DNA from: a candidate division WOR-3 bacterium
Lineage (GTDB): Bacteria; Hydrothermota; Tepidihabitantia; Tepidihabitantales; Tepidihabitantaceae
Assembly (NCBI GenBank): GCA_965649205.1
Contig: CBFGJV010000016.1
Span: 1 to 60,112, forward strand
DNA length: 60,112 nucleotides
Reading direction: 5' to 3'
Made by a program: the position numbers and the translations under genes
The notes under the pieces: model-generated
Told to the model about the DNA's origin: nothing
Databases searched by the model: none
What the model saw: the letters and a program-made list of their open reading frames with translations, nothing else
Part shown: piece by piece, positions 40,467 to 50,700 of the stretch
How positions within the stretch are numbered: the stretch's first letter is position 1
How the letters are laid out: each line of letters opens with the position of its first letter

Positions 40467-42050
40467 TTACTCAACTCTTTCTGCCTCGGTCATTACCTCT
40501 TCTATCGTGGTGATACCATTGAGTACTTTGGTAATACCATCTTCCCACAGGGTTTTCATTCCATATTCGCGGGCAAGGGCACGGATGGCGCTTGTCGGCG
40601 GTCGAGTAACGATAAGCTCCCTAATACGGTCGTTTACCCTGAGTACTTCAAAAATGCCGATACGCCCGTGATAACCTGTGTTGCGACAACGGTCACAGCC
40701 TCGTCCTTTGTAGAAGACAGTCCCTGGTGGCAGGTCGAGTTCCTCAAGTAGTTTGGCCGGCGGGTCATAAGGTTCCTTACACTTGGGGCAGATTTTACGC
40801 ACCAGTCGTTGTGCTACTGTGCCTTCCATAGCTGAGGCTACAAGGAATGGTTCTATGCCCATATCTATGAGACGAGTAATGGTGCCGGGTGCGTCGTTTG
40901 TGTGTATGGTAGAAAAAACCAGCTGACCAGTGAGGGCGGCACGGATGGCTACGCCAGCAGTTTCGCCGTCGCGGATTTCACCGATCATTATAACATCCGG
41001 GTCCTGACGGAGGATGTGCTTTAGTCCTCGCAGGTAAGTATAACCGGCAAGCTCATTTACCTGTGACTGGGTGATGTTGTCTATGTCGTATTCAACCGGG
41101 TCCTCAATGGTTATGATCTTAGTGTCCGTGCTGCGAATTTCTCCCAGTATGGCATACACGGTAGTTGATTTGCCCGATCCAGTCGGGCCGGTGACAAGCA
41201 CCACGCCATGTGGCCGCGCAATCATTTCTCGCATCAGAGCAAGGTTTTCGTCTACAAAGCCGAGCTCATCAAGGGAGAGCAGTCGCAGTCGGTCAAGGAT
41301 ACGCATTACTACTGTTTCTCCGTAGGTCGAAGGGAAGGTTGAGACCCGGAAGTCTATCTCTCGGCCATCCACGATGGCACCGTAACGTCCGTCTTGGGGC
41401 ACACGCTTTTCAGCGATATTCATCTTTGACATTATCTTGATACGGGATACAACAGCCAACTGCAGTGCTTTCTTGGGTGATATTATGGGATGAAGCAGTC
41501 CGTCGATGCGGAAACGTACCGACAGTCCCTCACGCGTTGGTTCGATGTGGATATCTGAAGCTCTTTCACGGACTGCGCGTATTATCATCTGGTTGACCCA
41601 GCGGACTACCGGGGCCTCGGAAGCTAGTTCCTCTAGTTTTCTAGGCTCAACACCCTGCTCGTCGGCTACTCCTTCTTCCTGCGGCAGGTCGTCGAGACTT
41701 ACCATTTCCGGCTCTTCTGGAAGATCCGGCGTTTCCGGTGCCCGGTAGTACTGATTCAAGGCGGCATAGAGATCGGACAGTCGGCATACCATGGGTTCAA
41801 CCTCCATGCCAGTCATTCTGCGTACCTCATCCAAGTTGTAGATGTTTGTGGGGTCTACAAATGCAACAGCTAAAGTATTGCCAGAACGGAAAAGAGGAAT
41901 TAGTTTGTTGTCGCGTAGAAACTGTTCCGGGAACATCTGCAAGACCTCGGAGTCTACCTTGAAAGTGGAGAGGTCTACAAATGGAACACCGTACTTCTGT
42001 TCCAGAGCAGTTGCAGATTCTTGTTCTTCAGGTGTAGGTATTTCAGCCAT
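40467..42050 (-). CDS. pilB: Type IV pilus/T2SS assembly ATPase (PilB/GspE)
   Basis: ASDIHIEP, PQDGR, GPTGSGKST, EDPVEY, LRQDPD, GEIRD, tetracysteine motif. Confidence 0.9.
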   Translation of the reverse strand: MAEIPTPEEQESATALEQKYGVPFVDLSTFKVDSEVLQMFPEQFLRDNKLIPLFRSGNTLAVAFVDPTNIYNLDEVRRMTGMEVEPMVCRLSDLYAALNQYYRAPETPDLPEEPEMVSLDDLPQEEGVADEQGVEPRKLEELASEAPVVRWVNQMIIRAVRERASDIHIEPTREGLSVRFRIDGLLHPIISPKKALQLAVVSRIKIMSKMNIAEKRVPQDGRYGAIVDGREIDFRVSTFPSTYGETVVMRILDRLRLLSLDELGFVDENLALMREMIARPHGVVLVTGPTGSGKSTTVYAILGEIRSTDTKIITIEDPVEYDIDNITQSQVNELAGYTYLRGLKHILRQDPDVIMIGEIRDGETAGVAIRAALTGQLVFSTIHTNDAPGTITRLIDMGIEPFLVASAMEGTVAQRLVRKICPKCKEPYDPPAKLLEELDLPPGTVFYKGRGCDRCRNTGYHGRIGIFEVLRVNDRIRELIVTRPPTSAIRALAREYGMKTLWEDGITKVLNGITTIEEVMTEAERVE

Positions 42051-42155
42051 GGCAATAGCTCCTCTTCTTATATGGTTGGATGCTTAACCTGCAGTTTCTG
42101 CCTGGACATTTCGTGTACCATAGTTCGGTTATATCTTCTTGTCCAATCTACGAAA

Positions 42156-42184
42156 ATTATATGATAGTGGGTAAAAGGTGTCAA
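42156..42184 (-). promoter_or_regulatory. Consensus sigma70 promoter for pilB-pilC
   Basis: Exact TTGACA-N17-TATAAT on the minus strand. Confidence 0.8.
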
Positions 42185-42342
42185 TGGATTCCAAGCCAGG
42201 ACACTTACGTGGTTGCGATGTTCTGGGTATAGCAACATCAGAAGACTAGATTTGTTTTTGTGCCAGTCTGGAGCGTGTGTATGCGGGTAGCTGCCGCTGA
42301 TTGTGCATATTTTTCTTGATGCCTCGCACTACTTACTCTCGC

Positions 42343-42370
42343 TTGACCTCTAGCAGTCGTATTCTATAAT
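42343..42370 (+). promoter_or_regulatory. sigma70-like promoter for tolB
   Basis: TTGACC-N16-TATAAT; implies the true tolB start lies downstream of 42371. Confidence 0.55.
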
Positions 42371-43735
42371 GTGCAGTTGTTAGTTCCCACCTTGCTTGAC
42401 AAGATTTATGCCAAGGCTGGTGGTTGTGTTCTTGCTGTTTTTCTCTGTATTTGTGTTTGGCACCAGTCGTTCGCACAGCGGTCCCCTTCTGCAGATGAGC
42501 TGTGGCTTAGGATTACTTCCAGGGGCGGTCGCAGGCGCCTCAGCCTGGTTGTTTCTCAGTTTCAGACGGTCGGTAACGTAGGTAATGAAAGTAGAGCAAC
42601 ACTTGATGAAATACAAAAGGTTTTTGAGGCGGACCTTAAGTTTTCCCTGTACTTTACTTTTGAAGCCCCAGAAACAGGTGCTTACTTTCGCTTTGAAACG
42701 GATCCGCGGAGAATCGATCTCAGGAAGTGGGCGACTACCGGGGCCGAGGTACTCATTTGTGGGGACTTGTCTCTGAAGAAAACCGGACAAGCCTTGGAGT
42801 TGCGGATTTATGACCTCGTCTCCGGTCGTAGAATTGCCAGCAAGTCCTATGCGGTTAAGCCTGACTATCGCTGGCTTGCGCATGAGATGGCAGATGATGT
42901 GATTAAATTACTTACAGGCGAAGACGGTGTAAGTCGTACCCGCATAGCTTTTTCTCAGCGTACCGGTCCTGGTGAAAAGGAACTTGCCGTAGTAGATTAT
43001 GATGGCGCTCGATACAGGCAACTTACGTCTGGAGGTAACATAAAGTTATTCCCAGACTGGTCCCCAGACGGTCGTCTTATCGCCTACTGCGCTTATGGTC
43101 GTAGTTCGTTAAATATTTACGCGTTAGATGTTGCCTCGGGTGTGACAAGAATACTGAGCGAGAGACCAGGGTTGAATACGACTCCGGCCTATTCTCCAGA
43201 CGGTCGGCAGATCTGTGTGTCTTTGTCGCACGAAGGGACTTCTGACCTATACCTGATGAGCCCAGATGGAAAGAATTTGCGACGTCTTGTTTCTGGCCCC
43301 GGCATTGAGATATCGCCCAGCTGGTCTCCAAGTGGGCGGCAGCTGGCGTTTGTCTCTGACAGGACCGGAAGTCCCCAGATTTACGTCGTCAACGTTGACG
43401 GTACTGACCTGCGGCGTCTTACGTTTGAAGGTACCTATAATACTTCACCTGCTTGGTCACCGAAAGGAGACTTAATTGCTTTTGTACAGCGTCAGCCCAA
43501 CGGGACAAACCAGATATGCGTGACAAACATAACTGGCGATACTTATGTGCGGTTGACTTCGCAGGGCAATAACGAAGACCCGGCTTGGTCTCCTGATGGT
43601 TTGCATATTGCTTTCGTTTCAAATCGTACGGGACGTGCTGAGATATATACAATGGACTGGAATGGCGCAAACCAAACGCAGATTACATCGACTGGCGGAG
43701 CCTATTCGCCAGCTTGGTCGCCTAGACTGCGCTGA
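42371..43735 (+). CDS. tolB: Tol-Pal beta-propeller protein TolB
   Basis: TolB N-domain (AHEMADD) plus six PxWSPDG (PD40) repeats; start uncertain. Confidence 0.9.
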   Translation: MQLLVPTLLDKIYAKAGGCVLAVFLCICVWHQSFAQRSPSADELWLRITSRGGRRRLSLVVSQFQTVGNVGNESRATLDEIQKVFEADLKFSLYFTFEAPETGAYFRFETDPRRIDLRKWATTGAEVLICGDLSLKKTGQALELRIYDLVSGRRIASKSYAVKPDYRWLAHEMADDVIKLLTGEDGVSRTRIAFSQRTGPGEKELAVVDYDGARYRQLTSGGNIKLFPDWSPDGRLIAYCAYGRSSLNIYALDVASGVTRILSERPGLNTTPAYSPDGRQICVSLSHEGTSDLYLMSPDGKNLRRLVSGPGIEISPSWSPSGRQLAFVSDRTGSPQIYVVNVDGTDLRRLTFEGTYNTSPAWSPKGDLIAFVQRQPNGTNQICVTNITGDTYVRLTSQGNNEDPAWSPDGLHIAFVSNRTGRAEIYTMDWNGANQTQITSTGGAYSPAWSPRLR

Positions 43736-43998
43736 AACGTGCCACTCATGCTGAACTTGCGAGCAGATGTGGTGAGCGGTAAGTTAGAATGCCCGAAGCT
43801 TGACTAATACGATTTTGGAGGGAAAATCTAACAAGATAATCCAAAAAGGAGGAAGCTATAGCGACATAATCGTGGCTGGATGAGAATAGACTCTAAGTTT
43901 AATGTACCGCTGAGGATACCACTCGGTATATTTTTGAAATCGCCAACGGGGCACTGGCGGTTATACTACGTCCGGGGCGAACAACCAACGGAGAAACA

Positions 43999-44877
43999 AT
44001 GTCTCTGAAGATTCTTGATGGTAAGAAAATTAGCAAAGAAGTACGCACGGAACTCAGGCAGAGAGTGGAGCACCTGAGACAATATGGTATCGTCCCAAGC
44101 CTGAGGATTCTCTTGGTGGGCGAGAATCCTGCTTCTGAGTTATACGTAGCAAACAAGGTCAAGGCCGCAGCGGAGGTTGGTATCGAAGCTTTGGTGGTAC
44201 GCAGGCCTTCTAATATTCCAGAAGCAGAAGCACAGGCTGTGGTCCAGGGATGGAATGAGGATTCAACTGTCCACGGCATTATAGTTCAATTGCCGCTTCC
44301 TAAGCACATAAGCGAGCGTAAGCTTTTGGACCTTGTTGTTCCTGCCAAGGATGTTGACGGACTGGGGATGTCCAGTATGGGGGCTTTGGCCTGTGGGCAA
44401 CCAGGTTTTCGTCCGGCAACGCCAGCTGGTATTATTGAACTACTTGTGCGAAACGGAATCGGTTTGTCTGGTAAGCGCGTGGTAATCGTGGGGCGAGGTG
44501 GGCTGGTAGGCAAGCCTTTGGCAATGTTGTTGCTGATGCGTGGCGTGAGAGGCGATGCAACGGTAACTGTGTGTCATTCCCAGACGCGAGATTTGAGTTC
44601 GGTTTGCAAGATTGCGGAAATACTCGTTGCGTCAGCAGGCTGTCCTCGCTTAATAAACGGGGAAATGGTTAGCGAGGGGGTTGTGGTTGTAGATGCTGGT
44701 ACTAATACCGTAGCGGGCAAGCTGGTCGGCGACGTAGACTACGACAGCGTTGCTGCCAAGGCATCGGCAATTACTCCCGTACCAGGTGGCGTTGGACCGA
44801 TGACAGTCGCCATGCTCCTGGCCAATGTTGTGCAGGCAGCAGAACAATATGCTCGAACTAAAGGGTTAGCCCCGTGA
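43999..44877 (+). CDS. folD: Bifunctional methylene-THF dehydrogenase/cyclohydrolase
   Basis: HGIIVQLPLP, KDVDG, GDVD, ITPVPGGVGPMTVAML. Confidence 0.96.
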   Translation: MSLKILDGKKISKEVRTELRQRVEHLRQYGIVPSLRILLVGENPASELYVANKVKAAAEVGIEALVVRRPSNIPEAEAQAVVQGWNEDSTVHGIIVQLPLPKHISERKLLDLVVPAKDVDGLGMSSMGALACGQPGFRPATPAGIIELLVRNGIGLSGKRVVIVGRGGLVGKPLAMLLLMRGVRGDATVTVCHSQTRDLSSVCKIAEILVASAGCPRLINGEMVSEGVVVVDAGTNTVAGKLVGDVDYDSVAAKASAITPVPGGVGPMTVAMLLANVVQAAEQYARTKGLAP

Positions 44878-45791
44878 GGTCACGTATTGAACCATTGAAG
44901 CAGATGGGCAGCCTGCAGCCAGGTTCGCTTTTTGAAGAAGACAGACGCTTGATAGAGATGTGGCTGCAACGGAGTCTTGAGCTGGATTCGGAGGTTCCGT
45001 CGCGCTTGGCTGAGGCAATGCGTTACGCTGTTCTCGGTTCTGGCAAACGGGTACGTTCACTTCTATGCCTACACGCATATCGTGCCGCAAGACTGCAGGA
45101 TGAACGCATAATGTCGGAGGTTACCCAGCAGGAACAAAGTGAGATAGCACCGTTCTGTTGTGGTATAGAAATGATACATGCCTTTTCACTCGCCCACGAT
45201 GACCTGCCCAGTATGGATGACGACGACCTGCGGCGCGGGAAACCTAGCCTTCATCGTCAGTTTGATGAGGCGACAGCGATACTTGCTGCAGATGCCCTGT
45301 TTGCCTATGCTTTTGAAGAATTTGCCCGTAGTGGTGTAGCCGCAGAATGCAAATTGGCGGCCATCAATGAAATAGCGGTGGCGGTTGGACCGAGGGGGAT
45401 GGCGGGAGGACAGATGCTCGACATAATGATAGAGCGTCGACAATCTAACCAGAGTCGTCGACAGCTCAATCGTATTCAAGAGATGAAGACAGCAAAGTTC
45501 ATAGCGGCCTCTATTGTGTGCGGGGCTATTGTCGCAGGTGCACCGGTACGGATACTGAAAAAGCTACGTTCTGCTGGCCTCGCGCTGGGGAGATTGTTCC
45601 AGATTACCGACGACCTCCTTGATGTTTCCGAAGACGGCAAGGCCAATCTGGCTCGAACTTTGAGCAAGACGCGTGTCCGGAGGTATGCAGAAAGAGTAGC
45701 GGGTCAGGCTGAATGCGCCTTCCGTAGTCTAGGGTCTAGCTACGTCCTATTGAGCAAATGGCCTCAGATAATACTGAATAGGCAGACGTAG
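44874..45791 (+). CDS. ispA: Polyprenyl diphosphate synthase
   Basis: GKRVR, HDDLPSMDDDDLRRGKP, GGQMLD, FQITDDLLD. Confidence 0.9.
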   Translation: MRSRIEPLKQMGSLQPGSLFEEDRRLIEMWLQRSLELDSEVPSRLAEAMRYAVLGSGKRVRSLLCLHAYRAARLQDERIMSEVTQQEQSEIAPFCCGIEMIHAFSLAHDDLPSMDDDDLRRGKPSLHRQFDEATAILAADALFAYAFEEFARSGVAAECKLAAINEIAVAVGPRGMAGGQMLDIMIERRQSNQSRRQLNRIQEMKTAKFIAASIVCGAIVAGAPVRILKKLRSAGLALGRLFQITDDLLDVSEDGKANLARTLSKTRVRRYAERVAGQAECAFRSLGSSYVLLSKWPQIILNRQT

Positions 45792-45895
45792 GGGAGGCTT
45801 CGCGGGCGATGGATATAGATTGGGTGAAAGAGGGTCCTTGTGTAGGTGCGGACGAAGGAGCGAAGATTTCTTTTCGGAGCAAAGGAGAAAGGTCA

Positions 45896-47779
45896 GTGCT
45901 TGCTAAGGTGAATACGCCGGAGGATTTGAGGAAGCTTTCGTTGGTCGAACTCGAAAAGTTGGCGGAGGAAATAAGAGAGCTGATTGTACGTACCACTTCG
46001 CAGACTGGGGGACATGTGGCTCCGAACTTGGGTACTGTGGAATTAACTCTGGCACTACATTGCGTGTTTGACACCCCTCGAGACCGAATTTTTTGGGACG
46101 TAGGTCATCAGTGCTATGCGCATAAGATAGTAACGGGCCGCAAGGATAGATTCGGAACCCTGCGCCAGTATAAAGGGATTGCCGGCTTTCCCAAGAGAGC
46201 AGAGAGCGAATACGATGTTCTGGACAGCGGTCATTCCGGAGATTCCATTGGCGCTGCTTTGGGTGCTGCAGTCGGAGATCGATTGCGGGGCAGGCCGGGG
46301 AGGTCGATAGCAGTAATCGGTGATGGATCTATCGTTTCTGGAATGGCTTTTGAGGCTTTGAATCATGCAGGCGAGTTGAAACAGGACTTGGTCGTGGTCT
46401 TGAATGACAACGAAATGTCAATTAGTCGCAGTACAGGGGCGATGGCTGGATATCTGAATCGCATTATTACCGGCAGGTTGTATAACCGCATGAAGGCAGA
46501 CGTATGGAATTTGCTGGGCATTATGCCTAAAGACATAAGCGAAAAAGCGCGGGAGGCTGCCAAGAAGATAGAGGAAGGTTTAAAAAATCTCATCGTACCC
46601 AGTGTTCTGTTTGAAGAGCTTGGATTTCGCTATGTTGGACCGGTTGACGGGCATAACCTTTTGGAGCTTAAGGATACGTTTTACAGGGTAAAGAAACTAC
46701 GGGGGCCGGTGTTGGTACATGTGGTTACAAAGAAGGGAAAAGGATATGAACCGGCCATGCAATTTCCGGAACAGTTTCATGGTACAGGACCTTATGAAGT
46801 CTCGACCGGGAAGCCAGCGATTCAGACTACTACTACCTTTACGCAGACATTCGGGAGCAAGATGTTAGAGCTTGCGGCGCGGGACGAACGGGTAGTAGTC
46901 ATTACCGCAGGAATGTGTTTGGGCACGGGACTCTCTGTTTTTAGAGACAAGTTTCCGAATCGTTTTTTCGATGTGGGCATCTGTGAGCAACACGCGGTAA
47001 CCTTTGCTGCGGGTTTGGCGTTAGGAGGATTGCGTCCTTTTGTAGCCATTTACTCGACGTTCCTGACACGAGCCTTAGACCAGATTACCCAGGATGTATG
47101 CATGCAGAATCTTCCGGTGGTATTAGTGGTGGACAGAGCCGGGCTGGTGGGAGAAGACGGTCCTACGCACCACGGTTCATTTGACCTCTGTTACCTAAAT
47201 ATGCTTCCAGGGATGACCGTTATGGCCCCTGCTTATGAATTGGAGCTGGAGAGAATGCTTGAGTTTGCTTTACAGTACGATGCCGGTCCGACTGCAATCC
47301 GTTATCCGAGAGGAGGGTCAGGGCTGGCCCAATGCGCAGTTTCTAATTTGGCGTGTCAAACTAGTTTGCAATTGGGCAAGGCCGAGGTAGTTCGTGAAGG
47401 CAAAGACGGTTGTATTTTTGCCCTTGGTTCGATGCTGATTCCTGTCTTAGCAGCTGCAGATCAGTTATCTAAAACGGGTCTTTCCTTGACGGTTGTTAAC
47501 GCAAGGTTTGCCAAACCGGTTGATAAGGATATGATTTTAGAAATGGCTGACAGATTTGGAGCTATCGCAACAATCGAGGAAGGTGTTCTGGCCGGGGGAT
47601 TTGGCGCGGCGGTTGCAGGTTTGCTTGAGCAATCGGATAGAAATGTCAGGTTACGTCGCTTTGGACTTTCTGATCGTTTCCTAGAGCACGGATCAAGGGA
47701 GCAGTTACTGGAGCTTGAAGGTCTTTCGGTGTCCGCTCTTGTGCAGAAGTTCTATCAGTTCTTCAGAGGATCGAGATGA
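45896..47779 (+). CDS. dxs: 1-deoxy-D-xylulose-5-phosphate synthase
   Basis: GGHVAPNLG, DVGHQ, GDG...NDNEMSI, DRAGLVGEDGPTHHG; GTG at 45896 after an AAGGAG RBS. Confidence 0.96.
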   Translation: MLAKVNTPEDLRKLSLVELEKLAEEIRELIVRTTSQTGGHVAPNLGTVELTLALHCVFDTPRDRIFWDVGHQCYAHKIVTGRKDRFGTLRQYKGIAGFPKRAESEYDVLDSGHSGDSIGAALGAAVGDRLRGRPGRSIAVIGDGSIVSGMAFEALNHAGELKQDLVVVLNDNEMSISRSTGAMAGYLNRIITGRLYNRMKADVWNLLGIMPKDISEKAREAAKKIEEGLKNLIVPSVLFEELGFRYVGPVDGHNLLELKDTFYRVKKLRGPVLVHVVTKKGKGYEPAMQFPEQFHGTGPYEVSTGKPAIQTTTTFTQTFGSKMLELAARDERVVVITAGMCLGTGLSVFRDKFPNRFFDVGICEQHAVTFAAGLALGGLRPFVAIYSTFLTRALDQITQDVCMQNLPVVLVVDRAGLVGEDGPTHHGSFDLCYLNMLPGMTVMAPAYELELERMLEFALQYDAGPTAIRYPRGGSGLAQCAVSNLACQTSLQLGKAEVVREGKDGCIFALGSMLIPVLAAADQLSKTGLSLTVVNARFAKPVDKDMILEMADRFGAIATIEEGVLAGGFGAAVAGLLEQSDRNVRLRRFGLSDRFLEHGSREQLLELEGLSVSALVQKFYQFFRGSR

Positions 47780-50700
47780 GAAGATTTTTTCTGTACCTTG
47801 TTCTGTTTGTTTCACTCTTATGGGCTTCGTCTCTGGGTGAGCCAGTAAAGTTGATACCTAGGATAGACTACAGGTTGGGAGTTGTGTTTTTGGAAAAATG
47901 GCGGGGAGACTATTTTTTAGGTGTCTCTAGAGTGTTCACGCTGGAGGAATACCTCAGATACCAAATGCAGACTGCGGTTTTGTCTAACTGGAAGCGGGAA
48001 GCGGTGTCGGCTCGGAAGCAGAAGGAGTATTCGTTGGATGCATCGGGATTGATTCCAGACATAGAGCTGCCCAAGTTGCCAGTTTTTGGAGAAGGGTCAA
48101 GAATTGACATATCAGGTCAAGACCGCATAACGCTCGGCGGAAGACAGACAGTCGTAGAAGGTATGGCGACGCCAGGTAGTTCGCGGCTTCTGCCGGAATT
48201 GAAGATGGAACAGCAACTCGCTGTGCGTCTGAACGGGACCATCGGTGAGCGCACCAAGGTAAACATAGACCACGACTCTCAACGTCAGCAGGGGAATAAT
48301 AGGATAAAGCTGATTTATACTGGCACAGAAGACGATTTGGTACAGTCTGTAGAATTGGGTGATACCAAGCTTTCTATTCCTGGTACTGCCTATACTGGTG
48401 ATCTACCGTCACATAAAGGTTTATTTGGCGTGTCAGCTCGTGGCAAATTGGGGGCTATAGATCTCTACGGAATTGCGTCCCGAGAGGAATCGCAGTCGCA
48501 AACGCAGACATTTACTGGTAGAAGAAGAAAATCGGTCGACACAATTTACGCTAAGGATTATGTTGCTCGACGTTTCTACCACCTGCGAGATATTCCGGGT
48601 AATATACTCGCCCTGCGCGTATATGTGGACGACAACATACCCACCAACAACCAGGCTTCCATTAAGGCTATTGCGACCGTATTTCCGAAAAGTCCCGATT
48701 CCATTCCGGTGAGTTGGAGCTGGGATCGGGACGGAGGCGATTTTGACCTGAAGGCACTTGGGGTAGACTATGTCCTTCTGCCCGACAACATACTTGAGTT
48801 TTCTCAACCCCTAAACCCCCAGGATGTAGTCGGCTTAGTGGTTTTTACCGATCGAGACACCCTGGGCGGAACGATGTACAACGATTCCTTGGTGTTGAAG
48901 CTGCTGAAGCCGGAAAGAACCGATTCACTTTCTTTGGCCTGGGATTACGAGATGAGAAATGTATATGCGCTTCGGCAGCGAGAAGTGCAATTGTCCAGCT
49001 TTCGTTTGTATCGCGACGACCCCGTCAGCAATATAGACGCGGAGTACGAAGACAAGGGGCCTAACAGTGGCAGGCTTTTCACTCAACTGCTGGGATTAGA
49101 TCCGGACGGTGATGGCCGTTTGGAGTATCCGGCGTTCGATTCTAAGACAGGTTTGATAAGATTTCCTACCCTTCATCCATTTGCTTCTGATGGTCTGTCG
49201 ATTCGTGACTCGGTCATGTATCGTAAGTACCCTTTGGAGCCGGATGAGGGTAGGAAGTACTACATGGTGGTTGAATATTCCAGTGCAACCGAGTCGTACT
49301 ACTTGGGCCAGGTCGATATTGAGGAGAATTCTGAGCGGGTGAGGGTTGACGGGGTGCTCTGGAATCGCGGTACCGACTACGAAATTAACTATTCAAGTGG
49401 CATATTGACTTTTCGTCGTACCTTGCCGGTTGACGCCAATATCAGCGTTACTTTCGAATATCGCCCTTGGTTTTCCCTTTCTCAGCGAACTCTGCTGGGT
49501 ACGAGGGCCGAATGGCCTTTCGCTGCTAATGGTAAGATAGGTTCCAGCGTGTTCTACCGCACGGAGGGATTGTCCGAGGATAAACCTGTGCTGGGGTCGG
49601 AACCGTCACGCAGGCTCATAGCTGAGGCCGATGCTTCCTACAGTGCTAGTTCGGATGCTGTGACTGCTTTTATTGATCGATTGCCTGTTTTGAGAGCACA
49701 ATCGCCCTCAGCTTTTGCGGTTTCAGCGGAAGGTGCAGTTTCTCTTCCCGACCCTAACACGAGGGGATTGGCCTATCTGGATGATTTTGAAGGTACGACT
49801 ATAACCAGAGATATACCTAATAATGCTATTCTCTGGTCTCATGCCTCGGTACCTGTAGGGAAGGACACAACTCAGTTTTGCCGCGAGCCTCTTTCTTGGT
49901 GGACTCCTACAAGGCCTCAGGAATTAGTGCGGAAAGACAGTGTTTTTGGTCCGGGTTTAGGCGAAGAAGGTAGTGAAACTCACGATTTTCTCCGGGTGAT
50001 CATGCGGCCCGATCCTGGTAGACCCGAATCTTGGGCGGGACTAATGATATGTCCTTCTCAGATTGGTATGAACTTGAAAGATATCAAAAATCTAGAAATG
50101 ATAGTCAGGTCAAAGCGTAATCGAGGCAGGATTCACGTATCGGTCGGGATGAGCATAGACGAAGACGCACCTAGGCGCACGAAAGGTGGAGGTATTGCTG
50201 GATATAATGGCCGCATGGATACAGAGGATCGTAATGGGAACGGAGTGCTTGACGAAGGTCTTGAGGACACAGGGCTTGATGGGATATTTGGGACAGATAC
50301 TAGTTGGAAAGCTGGTTCGGAAGATGATGGAAATGACGACTACGATCCGCTAAGGAACCAGATGGGTACGGAGAACAACGGTCGGCTAGATGGTGAAGAT
50401 CTGGATAATAACGGGTTCTCGCGCTATAACCACTACTTTGAGTGCGGAGTAAGCCTGGACGATCCGAAGTACTCTAGCAGTCTTTATGGAGGCTGGAAGC
50501 TCTACCGCCTTCCGCTTGAAGATACAATGTTATTTCGACGTGTTGGCTCTCCTAAATGGGAAGATATAAGACTTATCCGCCTATGGTTCGATGGATTTGA
50601 TGAGACCGATACGATAGACTTTTACTCCATTCAGTTCGTAGGCAGCCGCTGGCGCAATCCGCGAGTTGTTCAACAGAGCAAATATGAGCAAGGTGGCGGT

